A stretch of 64,000 bases of DNA, taken from Pristiophorus japonicus (Eukaryota). Within the stretch, counting starts at the first letter, position 1; each line of letters begins with the position of its first letter. The notes under the pieces were generated by a model, which saw only the letters and a list, made by a program, of their open reading frames with translations, was not told the origin of the DNA and did no database searches. The position numbers and the translations under genes are program-made. Where the stretch lies: contig NC_091999.1 of NCBI RefSeq assembly GCF_044704955.1, positions 25,916,001 to 25,980,000 on the forward strand, given 5' to 3'. Of the stretch, positions 13,747-24,614 are shown piece by piece.

Positions 13747-14384
13747 CTACGGGATGTAGGGAAGGAAATATATTCAGATCGTTTGTTAATCCAAGATCTC
13801 ATCTTATTATTACGTATTCTATTTTCTTTTTTTAAGGTGTTAGTTTGTTCTCTATTTTAATGTTCAATGTACGCCCTGTGTTAAGTTAATCACGCTCACT
13901 AATCTATCTGTGTTCCTAATTCCACAGTCGTTCCTTCTTTATGATCCTTCTATAGTAGGTTTTGGAAAATATGACAGTTTTCCTTCAATGTTATAGGCTA
14001 ATTGATTTTGCATCAATTCCATAGGATTTACCATTCGGGAATAGTATGATGTAATATCGAGGGACCTATACTGAATGATATCGATTAATTTAACAATAGC
14101 TTCAGATAGCTAATTATTCGGAGGCTGTCAAAGGGACAGGGTAAGACATCAGATGTGAGTTATAATCTGGATTAATTTGTGGTAGTCAAGGTTCTGAACA
14201 TAATTAATTTGCATGAGTTTCCAACTAAGAACTTTGATTCAGTTTGTGTGCAGGACCAGAATATAGGAATGTAAGATATTATGTTATCAGAAATGATTTG
14301 TTTAATACAATCGTTGCAGACTGTCTGTTCAAAGAATTTATTTTAATTCTATGTTCGTCTGTTACCTGACGTATTTTTTGCACT

Positions 14385-14798
14385 TTAGTGTTTGTGTATG
14401 TGTGTATGACGATCTCTTCTTTTGGTGTTGTCTGTGTTTGTGTGTTGATGTGTATTGATATGTAAGTTTGAATGTTTTAACGTGTCATTCCATATATTTT
14501 TTTTTATGTGTAAGTGTTTGTGATTTTTTGTAAGTTTGTGTATGTTTACATGTAAGCCTTTGTGTGTATATATGCAATTTTTTGTGGTTATGCTTAAATA
14601 TGTGTGTTCTTTGTAAGTACGTTCATGTATGTGTTTTAATGTGTTTGTGTATGGATATGTGTAAGTGTTGTGTATGTTTATGGGTAAGAATGTGTGCATT
14701 TATGTGTAACTGTGTATGTTCGCATGTAAATGTGTGTGTGTGTTATGCGTTAGTTAGTTTGTGTTGAATATGTGTTTATGCGAGTTTAAGTGTGTGTG

Positions 14799-14836
<38 letters not shown>

Positions 14837-15025
14837 CGTGCTTCTGTTTTATTTAAGGGTGTGTTTATTTTTGCTGTCATGTTAATGGTGCTGTGGTTCT
14901 GACAATGACAGTGTGTATTATATTCTGGGTATGCGTAATATCTTGTGTCAGTGTGTCAATGTGTGTGTTTATGTGTAAGTCGCTGTGTGTTTATGTGTAA
15001 GTCCGTGTTGTGTTTATGTGTAAGT
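14385..15025. repeat. Degenerate (TG)n microsatellite / low-complexity tract
   Basis: TG-rich throughout, with a pure (TG)n run at ~14803-14834. Confidence 0.9.
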
Positions 15026-15139
15026 GTGAACTTCTACAAAAACATACACTACTAACGTTTACACGCATTCTTCCTCGCTCTGTGTAAATGTGTTCAGTGT
15101 GAGACACAATGTCACATCAGCCGACGGAATACAACAACT

Positions 15140-16160
15140 CAATCGATGAGCATCTCTCTCTGGTGGCATTGAGGGGTACAATGAGTTAACAATTGCCCTT
15201 TTCCCTCTCGCTTGTGCGGAAGTCGGATACATTGGGTTAACAATTGCAGATTCCCCTCACTATGCTGGGGTAGTGGGCGGGACAGTAAGTTAACAATTGC
15301 CCTTTCCCCTCTCTCTCTGAGTGGGGAAGAGGGTTTACATCATCATAGGCAGTCCCTCGCAATCAAGGAAGACTACTTCCACTCTTAGCATGATTTCTTA
15401 GGTGGCTGTTCAGTCCAATAGGGAACCACAGTCTCTGTCACAGGTGGGAAAGACCGTGGTTGCGGGAAGGGGAAGATTTTACAGGTTTCCCGCACGTTCC
15501 TTCCACTGCCTGCGCTTGATGTCTGAATGCTCTTGGCAACGAGAGACGAGGGGCACAGCGCCCTCCCGGATGTACTTCCTCCATTTAGGGCGGTCTTTGG
15601 CCAGGGACTCTCAAGTGTCAGTGGGTATGTCGCACTTTATCAGGGAGGCTTTGAGGTCGCTTGTAACGTTTCCCCTGCCCACCTTTGGCTCATTTGCCAT
15701 GGACGAGTTCCGAGTAGAGCGCTTGCTTTGGGAGTCTAGTGTCTGGTGTGCAGACAATGTGGCCTGCCCAGAGCAGCTGATCAAGTGTGGTCAGTGCTTC
15801 GGTGCTGGGATGTTGGCCTGGACAAGGACGCTAATGTTGGTGCGTCTGTCCTGCCAGGGAACTTGTAGAATCTTGCAGAGACGGAGTGAGGTTACAGTGG
15901 ATTAACAATTGCCGTTTCCCCTCACTCTGGTGGGGCAGTGGGAAGTACAGTGGGTTCAGAATTGCCATTTCACCACTCTTTGGTACGGCAATGGCGTTAC
16001 AGTGGGTGAATAATTGCCCTTTCATCTCTCTCTGGTAGTGCAGTGGGAGGTACAGTTGGTTCAGAATTGCCCTTTCACCTCTCTGGTGGGGTAGTGGGAG
16101 GTACAGGGGTATAACAATTGCCATTTCACCTCTCTCTGGTGGGGCGATGGGAGATACAGT
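15140..16160. repeat. ~53-bp minisatellite split by an RTE insertion
   Basis: gtacagtgggttaacaattgccctttcacctctctctggtggggcagtggga units at 15140-15335 and 15885-16160. Confidence 0.75.
15338..15882 (-). mobile_element. RTE (BovB-like) LINE 3' fragment
   Basis: Minus frame reads LCKILQVPWQDRRTNISVL..LDQLLWAGHIV..PDTRLPKQALYSEL; ends in an (ATG)n tail (catcatcat on +). A similar tail lies at ~42188-42300. Confidence 0.85.
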
Positions 16161-16542
16161 TCGTGTTCGTGTGTGGACCTCATTTCAGATCCCAGAGTGT
16201 GCGATGCTGCCAAATAAAACTGGCCCCAAATCTGAAGGGATGGACAACACGAGAAACAATGGCACCGAGATATAAATGTACAGCATTTGTTTATAGGGAA
16301 ATAGAACTATGCAGATTCTCCCAGTGGGACGAAAGTTGCTGAAATGACTTTGAGGTATCCTGTCATTAAAGAGCTTCTCTTTGTCTCCAACCTGTACATG
16401 AGCTGAGAGCGCTGAATGTACGAGCTTTGCCACAAGTCCGACAAATATTCTGCTTCAGATTAACAGCCCGCCGCTTGGCTAAAATAGAAAACAATATTAA
16501 TTGAGCGGCTGTGTGTGTAACTCACGATTGGAAGAAAAGGCC

Positions 16543-16558
16543 TTTATTGTTTTTTATT
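16543..16558 (-). terminator. Poly(A) signals of the secretory IgM transcript
   Basis: Two AATAAA (16553-16558 and 16543-16548) 30-45 nt after the secretory stop. Confidence 0.75.
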
Positions 16559-16586
16559 TAAGAACTGAAAGGCAATCGAGAGATTC

Positions 16587-16969
16587 TCATTGATAAGAAT
16601 TGATGTTGTCCATCAGAACAAGGGAAATATTCACAAAACTGGGTTTACCTCTGGATTTATTGACGGTTCTTTTGGTGATCTTCAAGGAGATCGCTTCATG
16701 TCCCACCACACAGGAGTAAGAGGCGCCGCTGGCCCACTCGTCGGCTGCAATGGATAGCAGGCTGTACACAAAGAATGATCTGCTGCCATTCTCCGCCATC
16801 ACCTCAGTGTTCTTGTAGTTGACCGGCTTCTCCTTGATGGTCCATTTGACGAAGATCTCTCGGGGGGAGAAACCTCTCACTAAACAGGTGAGGATGACCA
16901 AGCTCTGAGCAGAGACTTCTTCTGCCGAGGGCAGGAGGTCAGACACGGCTGCTTCCCATGGATCTTTCG
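16587..16969 (-). CDS. IGHM: IgM Cmu4 + secretory tailpiece exon
   Basis: ctgttctacAG|(A)[48 protein letters not shown]|[20 protein letters not shown]; internal TM donor G|GTAAA at 16649/16648. Confidence 0.93.
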
Positions 16970-17865
16970 CTGTAGAACAGTTACAATAAAGGCCAATGAA
17001 CTGGACAGTTCCAGAGAAAATGGTGGGAGTTTTAATCTAATAAAGCAGGCGTGTTGAGGTTGTGAGGGTGATTAAATTGGTAAACATCGGAATCCCGACA
17101 TCAACCCGACCACTCCTGGTTGCAATATTGTATTTGAATAATATATTTATAGGAGGCTGGAATCCTCTATTTTAACCTCTATTCGGTTTTTAACTGTAGC
17201 TGGTCCGGCTTGACATACTGTGTAAATCCCAGCAGTTACAGCGATGCGGGGACTGCTGCACCCAGGTGGTTATTGCCCTTACACCTCCCTCCTGGATCCA
17301 GGGTCCCTGCCTAACCCACCCCCCGCGATCCGAGAGCTCCTCACTCGGATTCCAATCCTCCTCTTCTCCCGGGTGGCCTGTGAGACCACCACCACCAAAT
17401 CGCCTTCTCCGTTTAAATTCGCCAATGTCCCGTAGTTACACGTCAGAGAAATATGCTCTTCGTTGACATTTAACCCTTTATTATTTCCCCTCTGGGGCCT
17501 CTCTGGTTTACCATCCCGCAGCAGAGTGAACATAATCTTTCTCTCTGAAATCTTGAAGGGTTGGACTTGAATTTACTGCACAGATCAAGGCGATTTGGCC
17601 AACCGGTCTATGCCTGTGTTTATGCTCCATACAAGCCTCAACCTGACTCAGTTCATCTAACCCTAATAACATACCCTTCTATTCCTTTATCGCTCATGGA
17701 CTTATCCAGTTTCCCCTAAAATACATAACCTCAGGTCCAAGAGTGGGATTACCAAACTGAATGATCAGAGTAGCCCATTAAACACTTTATGTAATGAATT
17801 GGCCCTTGAACATGCACCGGAAATATTCAAAGTGTCTGACTTATTGCAACAGTCTCCCCGCTCAC

Positions 17866-18163
17866 CCTTTTCCTTGTGGATAGAATCTCTGATAGGAGTC
17901 GGCATATCCTGCTGGCTCACCACGCAGTCGAACTTATCCCCACTCAGCCAGTCTTGTTTCGAGATGTTTAAGTTGCTGATCACTATGTTGGGATCCTCAC
18001 CGGGTTGGACGGTAATCTCTGATTTCAAAGCCTCCTTTTCTCTGGTCCAGGTCACGGTGAGCCCATAAGGAGCGTCAGACACGACGCAGGTTAAGGTCAC
18101 CGTCGCCTCCCGTAAGTCCTGTGCCAGTGACTGAGATTTTTGAATCGCTGCATGGGACATCCA
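17866..18163 (-). pseudogene. IGHM: IgM Cmu3 exon, frameshifted near its 5' end
   Basis: The phase-1 frame reads (V)[12 protein letters not shown] and then runs to a TGA. The domain body [27 protein letters not shown]|GTGAG is in another frame, and the expected ILPPP-like segment is missing. Confidence 0.88.
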
Positions 18164-18869
18164 CTGCAAAACAGGAATGAAAGTCAGAAAAAGCTGCATC
18201 TTCAGAATCAGGACACAATATTTAGCCTTAACTCGTTCAAGGGGGATAAATCACTTTTGAGATATCAACCTCTCGCTGTTGCTTTAACACCGACGTTATT
18301 GGAAGGACAATGAATTGGCAACGATTCGGGGAGATCTGTAACATTTCCTGTGTATTTGCTGCCAGAGTCACCTGTAATGGGCTGTGAAGCAAATAACCAG
18401 CGTAAAACGGGAATACATTGTGGTGCAATTGTGTTAGGCACTGAATAGCGCTCTTCCTGAAATCCCTTGCTCCTTTACACCCATCTATAGATCCTTGCAT
18501 CCAAACGCATCTCCGCTGGTTGTAATAGTGAAGCCCAAATAGCCCGAAGGTCAAGAGGTCTACACCAGCATTACTCTCGTTCGAAACAAGTGTCAATTTA
18601 ATTTCAGGATTTATGGGACAACAGGAAACAAAGCTAAGTTTCTGGTCACTTGCTGTGATCTTTATTGCGGTGAAAAGGTGCAGGAACCAGTCACAGCCCC
18701 CGTCAGAGGAGAAGTACAAGGTCCGGAGAATGGAGTTCCAAAGGGTCTTTTGTGGTGGGGCATCATTTTTAATGATGTGAGGTAGTTTGTTAATTTCTGT
18801 CATTACTGAACATTTATCATGTCTGGTGAGAGAGAGTCAGAGTTAAATATGACCTCAGGGCATTAATAG

Positions 18870-19390
18870 CAACATAGGAACAGGAGGAGGCCATTCATCC
18901 CATCTATCCTCTCCCGCAATCCAGTTATATCAGGGCTGATCTACACTCAACACCATCTTCACGCCTTGGTTCTGTAACCCTTGATAATCTTGCCTAACAA
19001 AAATCTATCAATCTCAGTTTTCAACTTTTCAATTGAAACCAAGCTTCAGCAGCTTTTGGGGAGGGAAATCCAGACTTCCTGTGAAGAAATCCTTCCTGAC
19101 ATCACTTCTGCACGAACTAGCTCTAACTTTAAGATTCTGCTATTTGTTCTGGACTTTTCCATCAAAGGAAATAATTGTTCAACATCTACTTGATCAATTG
19201 TATTTATCGACTTGAACACCTCAATTGTATCACCTCTTAATATTCTCTACTCGTCTCCTCATCATTTTATTTTATTAGTCCCGGTATAATTCGGGTAAAC
19301 CTGAACTTTACCGCCTCCATGACCAGTATATCTTTCCTGAGGTGCGGAGCCCAGAATTGGGCTCAGTGCTCTGAATAGAGTAGATGCCCA
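18870..19390 (-). mobile_element. Degenerate CR1 3' fragment (Cmu2-Cmu3 intron)
   Basis: aacataggaacaggaggaggccattc 3' UTR start followed by reverse-strand RT C-terminal sequence. Confidence 0.7.
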
Positions 19391-19569
19391 TTCCAACAGT
19401 GGGTTCCTGGACAGCTAGCAGTAAAGGGTTCCAGACTCCGACTGCCACTCCGTATATGATCAGCCAACTCAGGATAAACCTGAGAATAAGGGCACGTCAC
19501 TCACTGCCTGAAATCAGAGCAGGGGGAAAGCTTCGTTGACGAGTTTATTAAATCCTGAACAATGAGGAA

Positions 19570-20000
19570 TCCTGAACCAGAAGATCGTGGGTTGAAGTCC
19601 CACTCCAGATACTTGATCACAAAATGTAAGCTGAGATTCCCAGTGCAGTACTGGGGGCGTGGTGCACTATCGGAGGTGCCGTCTTTCAGATCACATGTTA
19701 AACCGAGGATCCGTCTGGCCTCAGGTGGACGTAAACGTTCCCCTGGAATTATTTCAATGAAAAGCCGAGGAGTTCTCCCTGGTGGCCTGGGAATATTTAT
19801 AGCTCAAAAAACACCACTAAGCAAAATATAATCTGGTCATTATCACACTGCTGTTTGTGGGAGATTGCTGTGCACTAAATGATTGCTGCACGTTGTACAT
19901 TACAACTGTGATCACATTTCACAAATTAATTCATTGGCTGGCAAGCGATTTGGTTCAGACTAAGGTAGCTGAAGGCGCTGTTTCAAGGCAAGTTTGTAAT
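19570..20000 (+). mobile_element. Deu-domain SINE (SacSINE1/AmnSINE1-like)
   Basis: cagaagatcgtgggttgaagtcccactccaga..cagtgcagtactg..ggaggtgccgtcttt..ttaaaccgagg..ctcaggtggacgtaaa core. Confidence 0.8.
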
Positions 20001-20129
20001 CACAATAATACACAAACTGCATGATTGGAAATTAGGAACAGTTCGGTGCTTTTTACTAATTTCAATAAAAGTCCTGACTGAGATCAACGCTCAGAATGGT
20101 CTATAACCTCCTGGGTTTGTGCCTCTTAC

Positions 20130-20447
20130 CCGGAGATCTGATGAAGTTACGGCTTTGCGTGACCCCTTCATGAGTGACCTGGCAGGTGTAGACCGAGCCG
20201 GTGAACCATTCCTCGGCGGAGACTGTCAGCCGACTGACCGCCGAGAAGTTCCCATTCACCTCAAATACGGGAGAGGTGACGGAGCCAGAATCCAGGAGTT
20301 GTCCACTCTCCAGCCAATTCACGGTCAGTGACTTTGGCCGGAAATCGATGATTGAACACACGGCGCTTGCATATCTGCTGCTGGTGATTTGTTCAGTAGA
20401 ACTCAGCGTGAGGAGAACAGTTGGAGGGATGATGTCGCGTTCAGGAT
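20130..20447 (-). CDS. IGHM: IgM Cmu2 exon (intact, 318 nt)
   Basis: cttgaAG|(D)[51 protein letters not shown]|GTAAGA; both Cys and the Trp are present. Confidence 0.93.
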
Positions 20448-20564
20448 CTTCAAGAGAAGACAGATTATTGACAATGCTTGCAAAATCAATCATTAAGAAA
20501 TGCAAAGTGTCCTTATATTTTAACAGGTTCTTCGCTGTCAGACTAACACTAACCTGGCATTTAC

Positions 20565-20980
20565 AGAGAGCAGAACTGTGCATAGTCTTCTCAGTGTGAT
20601 CTGCAGACCGGAACTGTGCATGATATTCTTAGTATGATCTGGAGACCAGAACGTTACACGGTATTCCAAGAGTGATTAGGAGACCAAAACTGTAAACAAT
20701 ATTCTTAGTATGATATGGAGACCTGAACTGTGGACAGTATTCTAAATGTGATATGGAAACCATAACTGTGCATAATATTCTAAGTATGATAGGGAGACCA
20801 GAACTATACACAGTATTTTAATTGTGATATGGGAGACCAGAACGGTGCACAGCATTATAAGTGCGATAGGGAGACCAGAACTATACACAGTACTCTAAGT
20901 GTGATATGGAGAACAGAACTGTACACAGCATTCCAAGTGTAATATGGAGACCAGAACTGTACACAGCACTCTAAGTGTCG
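20565..20980. repeat. ~39-bp minisatellite x~10 derived from CR1 ORF2
   Basis: Unit gtgatatggagaccagaactgtacacagtattctaa is the reverse complement of the CR1 [10 protein letters not shown] codons. Confidence 0.8.
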
Positions 20981-21056
20981 TCTAACCAAATTTCTGTCCA
21001 AGTTGAACATACCTTCTCATCTTATCACAGTTTGCCCTGTATCCCACATCACTAAC

Positions 21057-21245
21057 CTAGCATTGTGATGGCCTAGAACGACACACCACGTCAAACCTCG
21101 CAGTAGATTGTGCTGCTGCACACCTCTGACTCGGTGATGGTTAACCGGCTCTTTTTCGTTCTTCCAGGAAAGGCTGATGATTTTATCTTTCTTCCAGGAA
21201 AAGCTGGTGATTTTTGGTTAGTAGTCCATCGCCAAACAGCGGAAG
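21057..21245 (-). pseudogene. IGHM: IgM Cmu1 remnant (5'-truncated, 3 stops, internal duplication and deletion)
   Basis: [65 protein letters not shown] matches shark Cmu1 as recalled ([33 protein letters not shown]). Confidence 0.85.
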
Positions 21246-21404
21246 CAGTTTCTCCCTACTCAGCGCACTGTGATCTGGGCTCTATTCCATTCTATTGAAT
21301 GGACGTTTCTTGAGTTTCCTCCTTCCTCCCACTCAATAAATAATTCGAATTAAATACCATTCCAAAATCCGGTTAATTGGAAGATTCTCCTTAAAACGGC
21401 CCAT

Positions 21405-21670
21405 TTCAATTCCCATTGTAGTTCTTGTTATATAACAATGACCTGGACTTGGTTATAGAGATTCCATCTCGAAGTCCGAAGATGAAGCAAAACATGGCAA
21501 CGTAGCATGATAGTAACAGACTTGAAGAGGAATCAGAGAGACGAGTGAAATGGGCAGGGACATGGCAGGTGCAATTTAATGCTGATAATTGAGAAGCGGT
21601 GCACTTTGGGTGGAACATGGAGAGGCAGTATCATCTAAATAGTATTGTTTTGAGGGGATACAAAAACAAA
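21405..21670 (+). mobile_element. Old CR1 fragment at the Ig / tRNA-array junction
   Basis: Degenerate DLDLG..WA..WQVQFNA..HFG codons. Confidence 0.6.
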
Positions 21671-21810
21671 AATATCTGGATATTGCACCCGTGTCAATAT
21701 TACTAAAAATGTTCGGGAATGCTCACTGAAAGCCGAATTGTATGTGTTTGTATGTGGGGTTGGGGTTGAAGCCCAGATTCTCACCGAGACAGAATCCAGA
21801 CTCTCACAGG

Positions 21811-21892
21811 ACCAGGATAGCCGAGTGGTTGAGGCGTTGGCCTTAAAATTCAATGGGTTTCTCCCGCGTGGGTTCGTACCCGACTCCTGGTA
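21811..21892 (+). tRNA. tRNA-Leu(TAA), degenerate (probable pseudogene)
   Basis: ACCAGGATAGCCGAGTGGTTGAGGCG..CTTAAAA..GGTTCGTACCCGACTCCTGGTA; mismatches in the anticodon stem and T arm. Confidence 0.8.
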
Positions 21893-22616
21893 TCTCTTTA
21901 ATTTAACACGGATTTCCTCCCATTCTGATCAGTGAGACCGGATTTTCATCGGTTGATACAGCAATTTTCTGTAACAATGTGACACTCTGAACCGATAATG
22001 AAATGAAATTGTGAAATGTATCTGTGTCGCTCGGTCTCTGCCTCTCTCTCTCTCTTCAGAGTGTTGTGTATATGTTTGAGTCTTTGTCTCTCTCTGTCTG
22101 TCCCTGTTTCTCTGTTTATCTCTGTCTCTCAATCTGTCTCTTTCTCACGGTGCCACGTCTGTTCCAATTGGATTCTCTCAGACTCTTTGCCTGACTGGCT
22201 CTCTCTTTCCCATCATTTCGGTCTGTCCATGTCTTTGCCTGTCTCTGTTAGTCCCTGCCTGTAAGCTGAGAAGTATTTCCATCATTTTCTGTTTTAGTCT
22301 CTATCGCTCTCTCTCAATCTGTTTCTCTCCTTGTCACTGTCTTTATCATTGTCTTTCTCTCATTCTTTCCCTCTCTCTCTTAATAGATCACACACACACA
22401 TCTCTGTATATGTATATGTTTGAGTCTTTTTCTCACTCAGTCTGCCTCTCCTTCTCAGTCTCACACTTTCTGTCTCTCGTTGTCTCTATTCGCTGTCCGT
22501 CTCTCCCTGTTTGTCGGTTTGTCTCTGTCTCTCAATGTGTCTGTCGACTTCTCATGGTGTCCAATTCTGTTCACACTGGCTCGATTCCTGCTGTGACAAA
22601 ACTGGCACTCGTCAGT

Positions 22617-22688
22617 TCCTCCTTAGTATAGTGGTGAGTAACCCCGCCTGTCACGCGAGAGACCGGCGTTCAATTCCCCGACGGAGAG
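22617..22688 (+). tRNA. tRNA-Asp(GTC), degenerate
   Basis: TCCTCCTTAGTATAGTGGTGAGTAACCCCGCCTGTCACGCGAGAGACCGGCGTTCAATTCCCCGACGGAGAG; several stem mismatches. Confidence 0.85.
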
Positions 22689-22883
22689 GCAGTTGTTTCA
22701 AAATATAGAATTTTACTTCTGTTTCTTGGTAGAGATTCATATTAAAAAGTTCCAGAGCAAGAAAGAAATGTAAAAATACATGTAGAAGATAGAGCCTCTT
22801 CCAGATTTTTAGCAAACGGAGTCTTTTTCACGATTCTTTGGCCGTCTGCTGCACAGAGATGGATGACTGAGTTTTTTCTGAGT

Positions 22884-23888
22884 GTTGTTTACATTGTACA
22901 TTAATGATTTAGACGAGGGGATTAAATGCAGTATCTCCAAATTTGTGGATGACACTAAGTTGGGTGGCAGTGTGAGCTTCGAGGAGGATGCTATTAGGTT
23001 GCAGACTGACTTGTATAGGTTAGGTGAGTGGGCAAATGCATGGCAGATGAAGTATAATGTGGGTAAATGTGAGGTTATCCACTTTGGTGGTAAAAACAGA
23101 GAGATAGACTATTATCTGAATGGTGACAGATTAGGAAAAGGAAGGTGCAACGAGACCTGGGTGTCATGGTACATCAGTCATTGAAGGTTAGCATGCAGGT
23201 ACAGCAGGCGGTTAAGAAAGCAAATGGCATGTTGGCCTTTATAGCGAGGGGATTTGAATACAGGGGCAGGGGAGTGTTGCTACAGTTGTACAGGGCCTTG
23301 GTGAGGCCACACCTGGAGTATTGTGTACAGTTTTGGTCTCCTAACTTGAGCAAGGACATTCTTGCTATTGAGGGAGTGCAGCGAAGATTCACCAGACTGA
23401 TTCCCGGGATGGCGGGATTGACCTATCAAGAAAGACTGGATCAACTGGGCTTGTATTCACTGGAGTTCAGAAGAATGAGAGGGGACCTCATGGAAACGTT
23501 TAAAATTCTGACGGGTTTAGACAGGTTAGATGCAGAAAGAATGTTCCCAATGTTGGGGAAGTCCAGAACCAGGGGTCACAGTCTGAGGATAAGGGGTAAG
23601 CCATTTAGGATCGAGATGAGGAGAAACTTCTTCACCCAGAGAGTGGTGAACCTGTGGAATTATCTACCACAGAAAGTAGTTGAGGCCAATTCACTAAATA
23701 TATTCAAAAGGGAGTTAGATGAAGTCCTTACTACTCGGGGGATCAAGGGTTATGATGAGAATGCAGGAAGGGGGTACTGAAGTTTCTTGTTCAGCCATGA
23801 ACTCATTGAATGGCGGTGCAGGCTCGAAGGGCTGAATGGCCTGCTCCTGCATCCATTTTCTTTGTTTCTATGTTTCTATGTTTCTATG
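22884..23888 (+). mobile_element. Young CR1 3' fragment inserted in the tRNA array
   Basis: LFTLYINDLD..KFVDDTKLGG (100 aa) plus a 211-aa C-terminal ORF; (tttctatg)n tail. Confidence 0.93.
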
Positions 23889-23922
23889 AATCTCTACCTT
23901 GTACTCACAAGGTTTTCACAGG

Positions 23923-24005
23923 ACCAGGGTAGCTGAGTGGTTAAGGCGTTGTCCTTAAAATTGAATGGGGCTTTTACCGCGTGGGTTTGTACCCTACTCC
24001 TGGTA
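23923..24005 (+). tRNA. tRNA-Leu(TAA), degenerate
   Basis: ACCAGGGTAGCTGAGTGGTTAAGGCG..CTTAAAA..GGTTTGTACCCTACTCCTGGTA. Confidence 0.75.
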
Positions 24006-24238
24006 TCTCTTCAATTTGACACGGATTTTCTCCCATTCTGATCAATAAAACCGAATTTTCATCGGTTGAATCAGCAATTTTCTGTGACACTCTGAACCGA
24101 TAATGAAATTAAATTATGAAATGCATTTGTGTCGCCCTGTCTCTGCCTCTCCCTCTTCAGAGAACTGTGCATGCGTTTGGATGTTTGAGTCTTTGTCTCT
24201 CTCAGTCTGACTCACTCTGTCTGTCCTTGAAAGACACA

Positions 24239-24318
24239 GTACTCGTGGCCGAGTGGTTAAGGCGACGGAAGAGAAATCCATTGGGTTATCCCGCCAGGTT
24301 CGAATCCTGCCGACGACG
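24239..24318 (+). tRNA. tRNA-Ser(AGA), degenerate but with intact A/B boxes
   Basis: GTACTCGTGGCCGAGTGGTTAAGGCGACGGAAGAGAAATCCATTGGG..CAGGTTCGAATCCTGCCGACGACG, then T5. Confidence 0.82.
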
Positions 24319-24614
24319 ATTCTCAGCATTTTTCATTCCATTTCACAATTTAATCGGTTCTCTGGCAAAGTGATCCTGAGATAGATGGAATAACGTCCCA
24401 CACCTTTCAACACTGACAGTTTATTCTCATTTTTATTAATCTGCAATATTCAGGATACATCCGTTTCAAAAATCGCAAACATCAGTCAAAGTTGCGACAG
24501 TGATTCAGCCTGTATATCCCTCGAGATTTCTAAGGCATCTGTGCATGCCCGTTGGTGCGTGGAAATTTTTGGTTATGTGTGGGTGTGTCTCTGTGTCTCT
24601 CTATCTCTATATAT

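Larger units (their letters stand above)
13473..21245 (-). pseudogene. IGHM: Immunoglobulin mu heavy-chain constant region (Cmu1-Cmu4, secretory tail, TM1, TM2), V(D)J-less pseudogene
   Basis: Six exons in the correct order with shark IgM-like translations and GT-AG sites; lesions in Cmu1 and Cmu3; no VH or JH seen upstream. Confidence 0.92.

Noticed and set aside
18237-18803. 188-aa intronic ORF between Cmu2 and Cmu3
   Set aside because: No Ig Cys/Trp pattern or other motif; probably a non-autonomous repeat.
21245-21272. RSS-like CACAGTG-12-AGAAACTGC at the Cmu1 truncation
   Set aside because: The nonamer matches only 5/9, the break is not at the heptamer edge, and the stretch also resembles CR1 REKLLPL codons.
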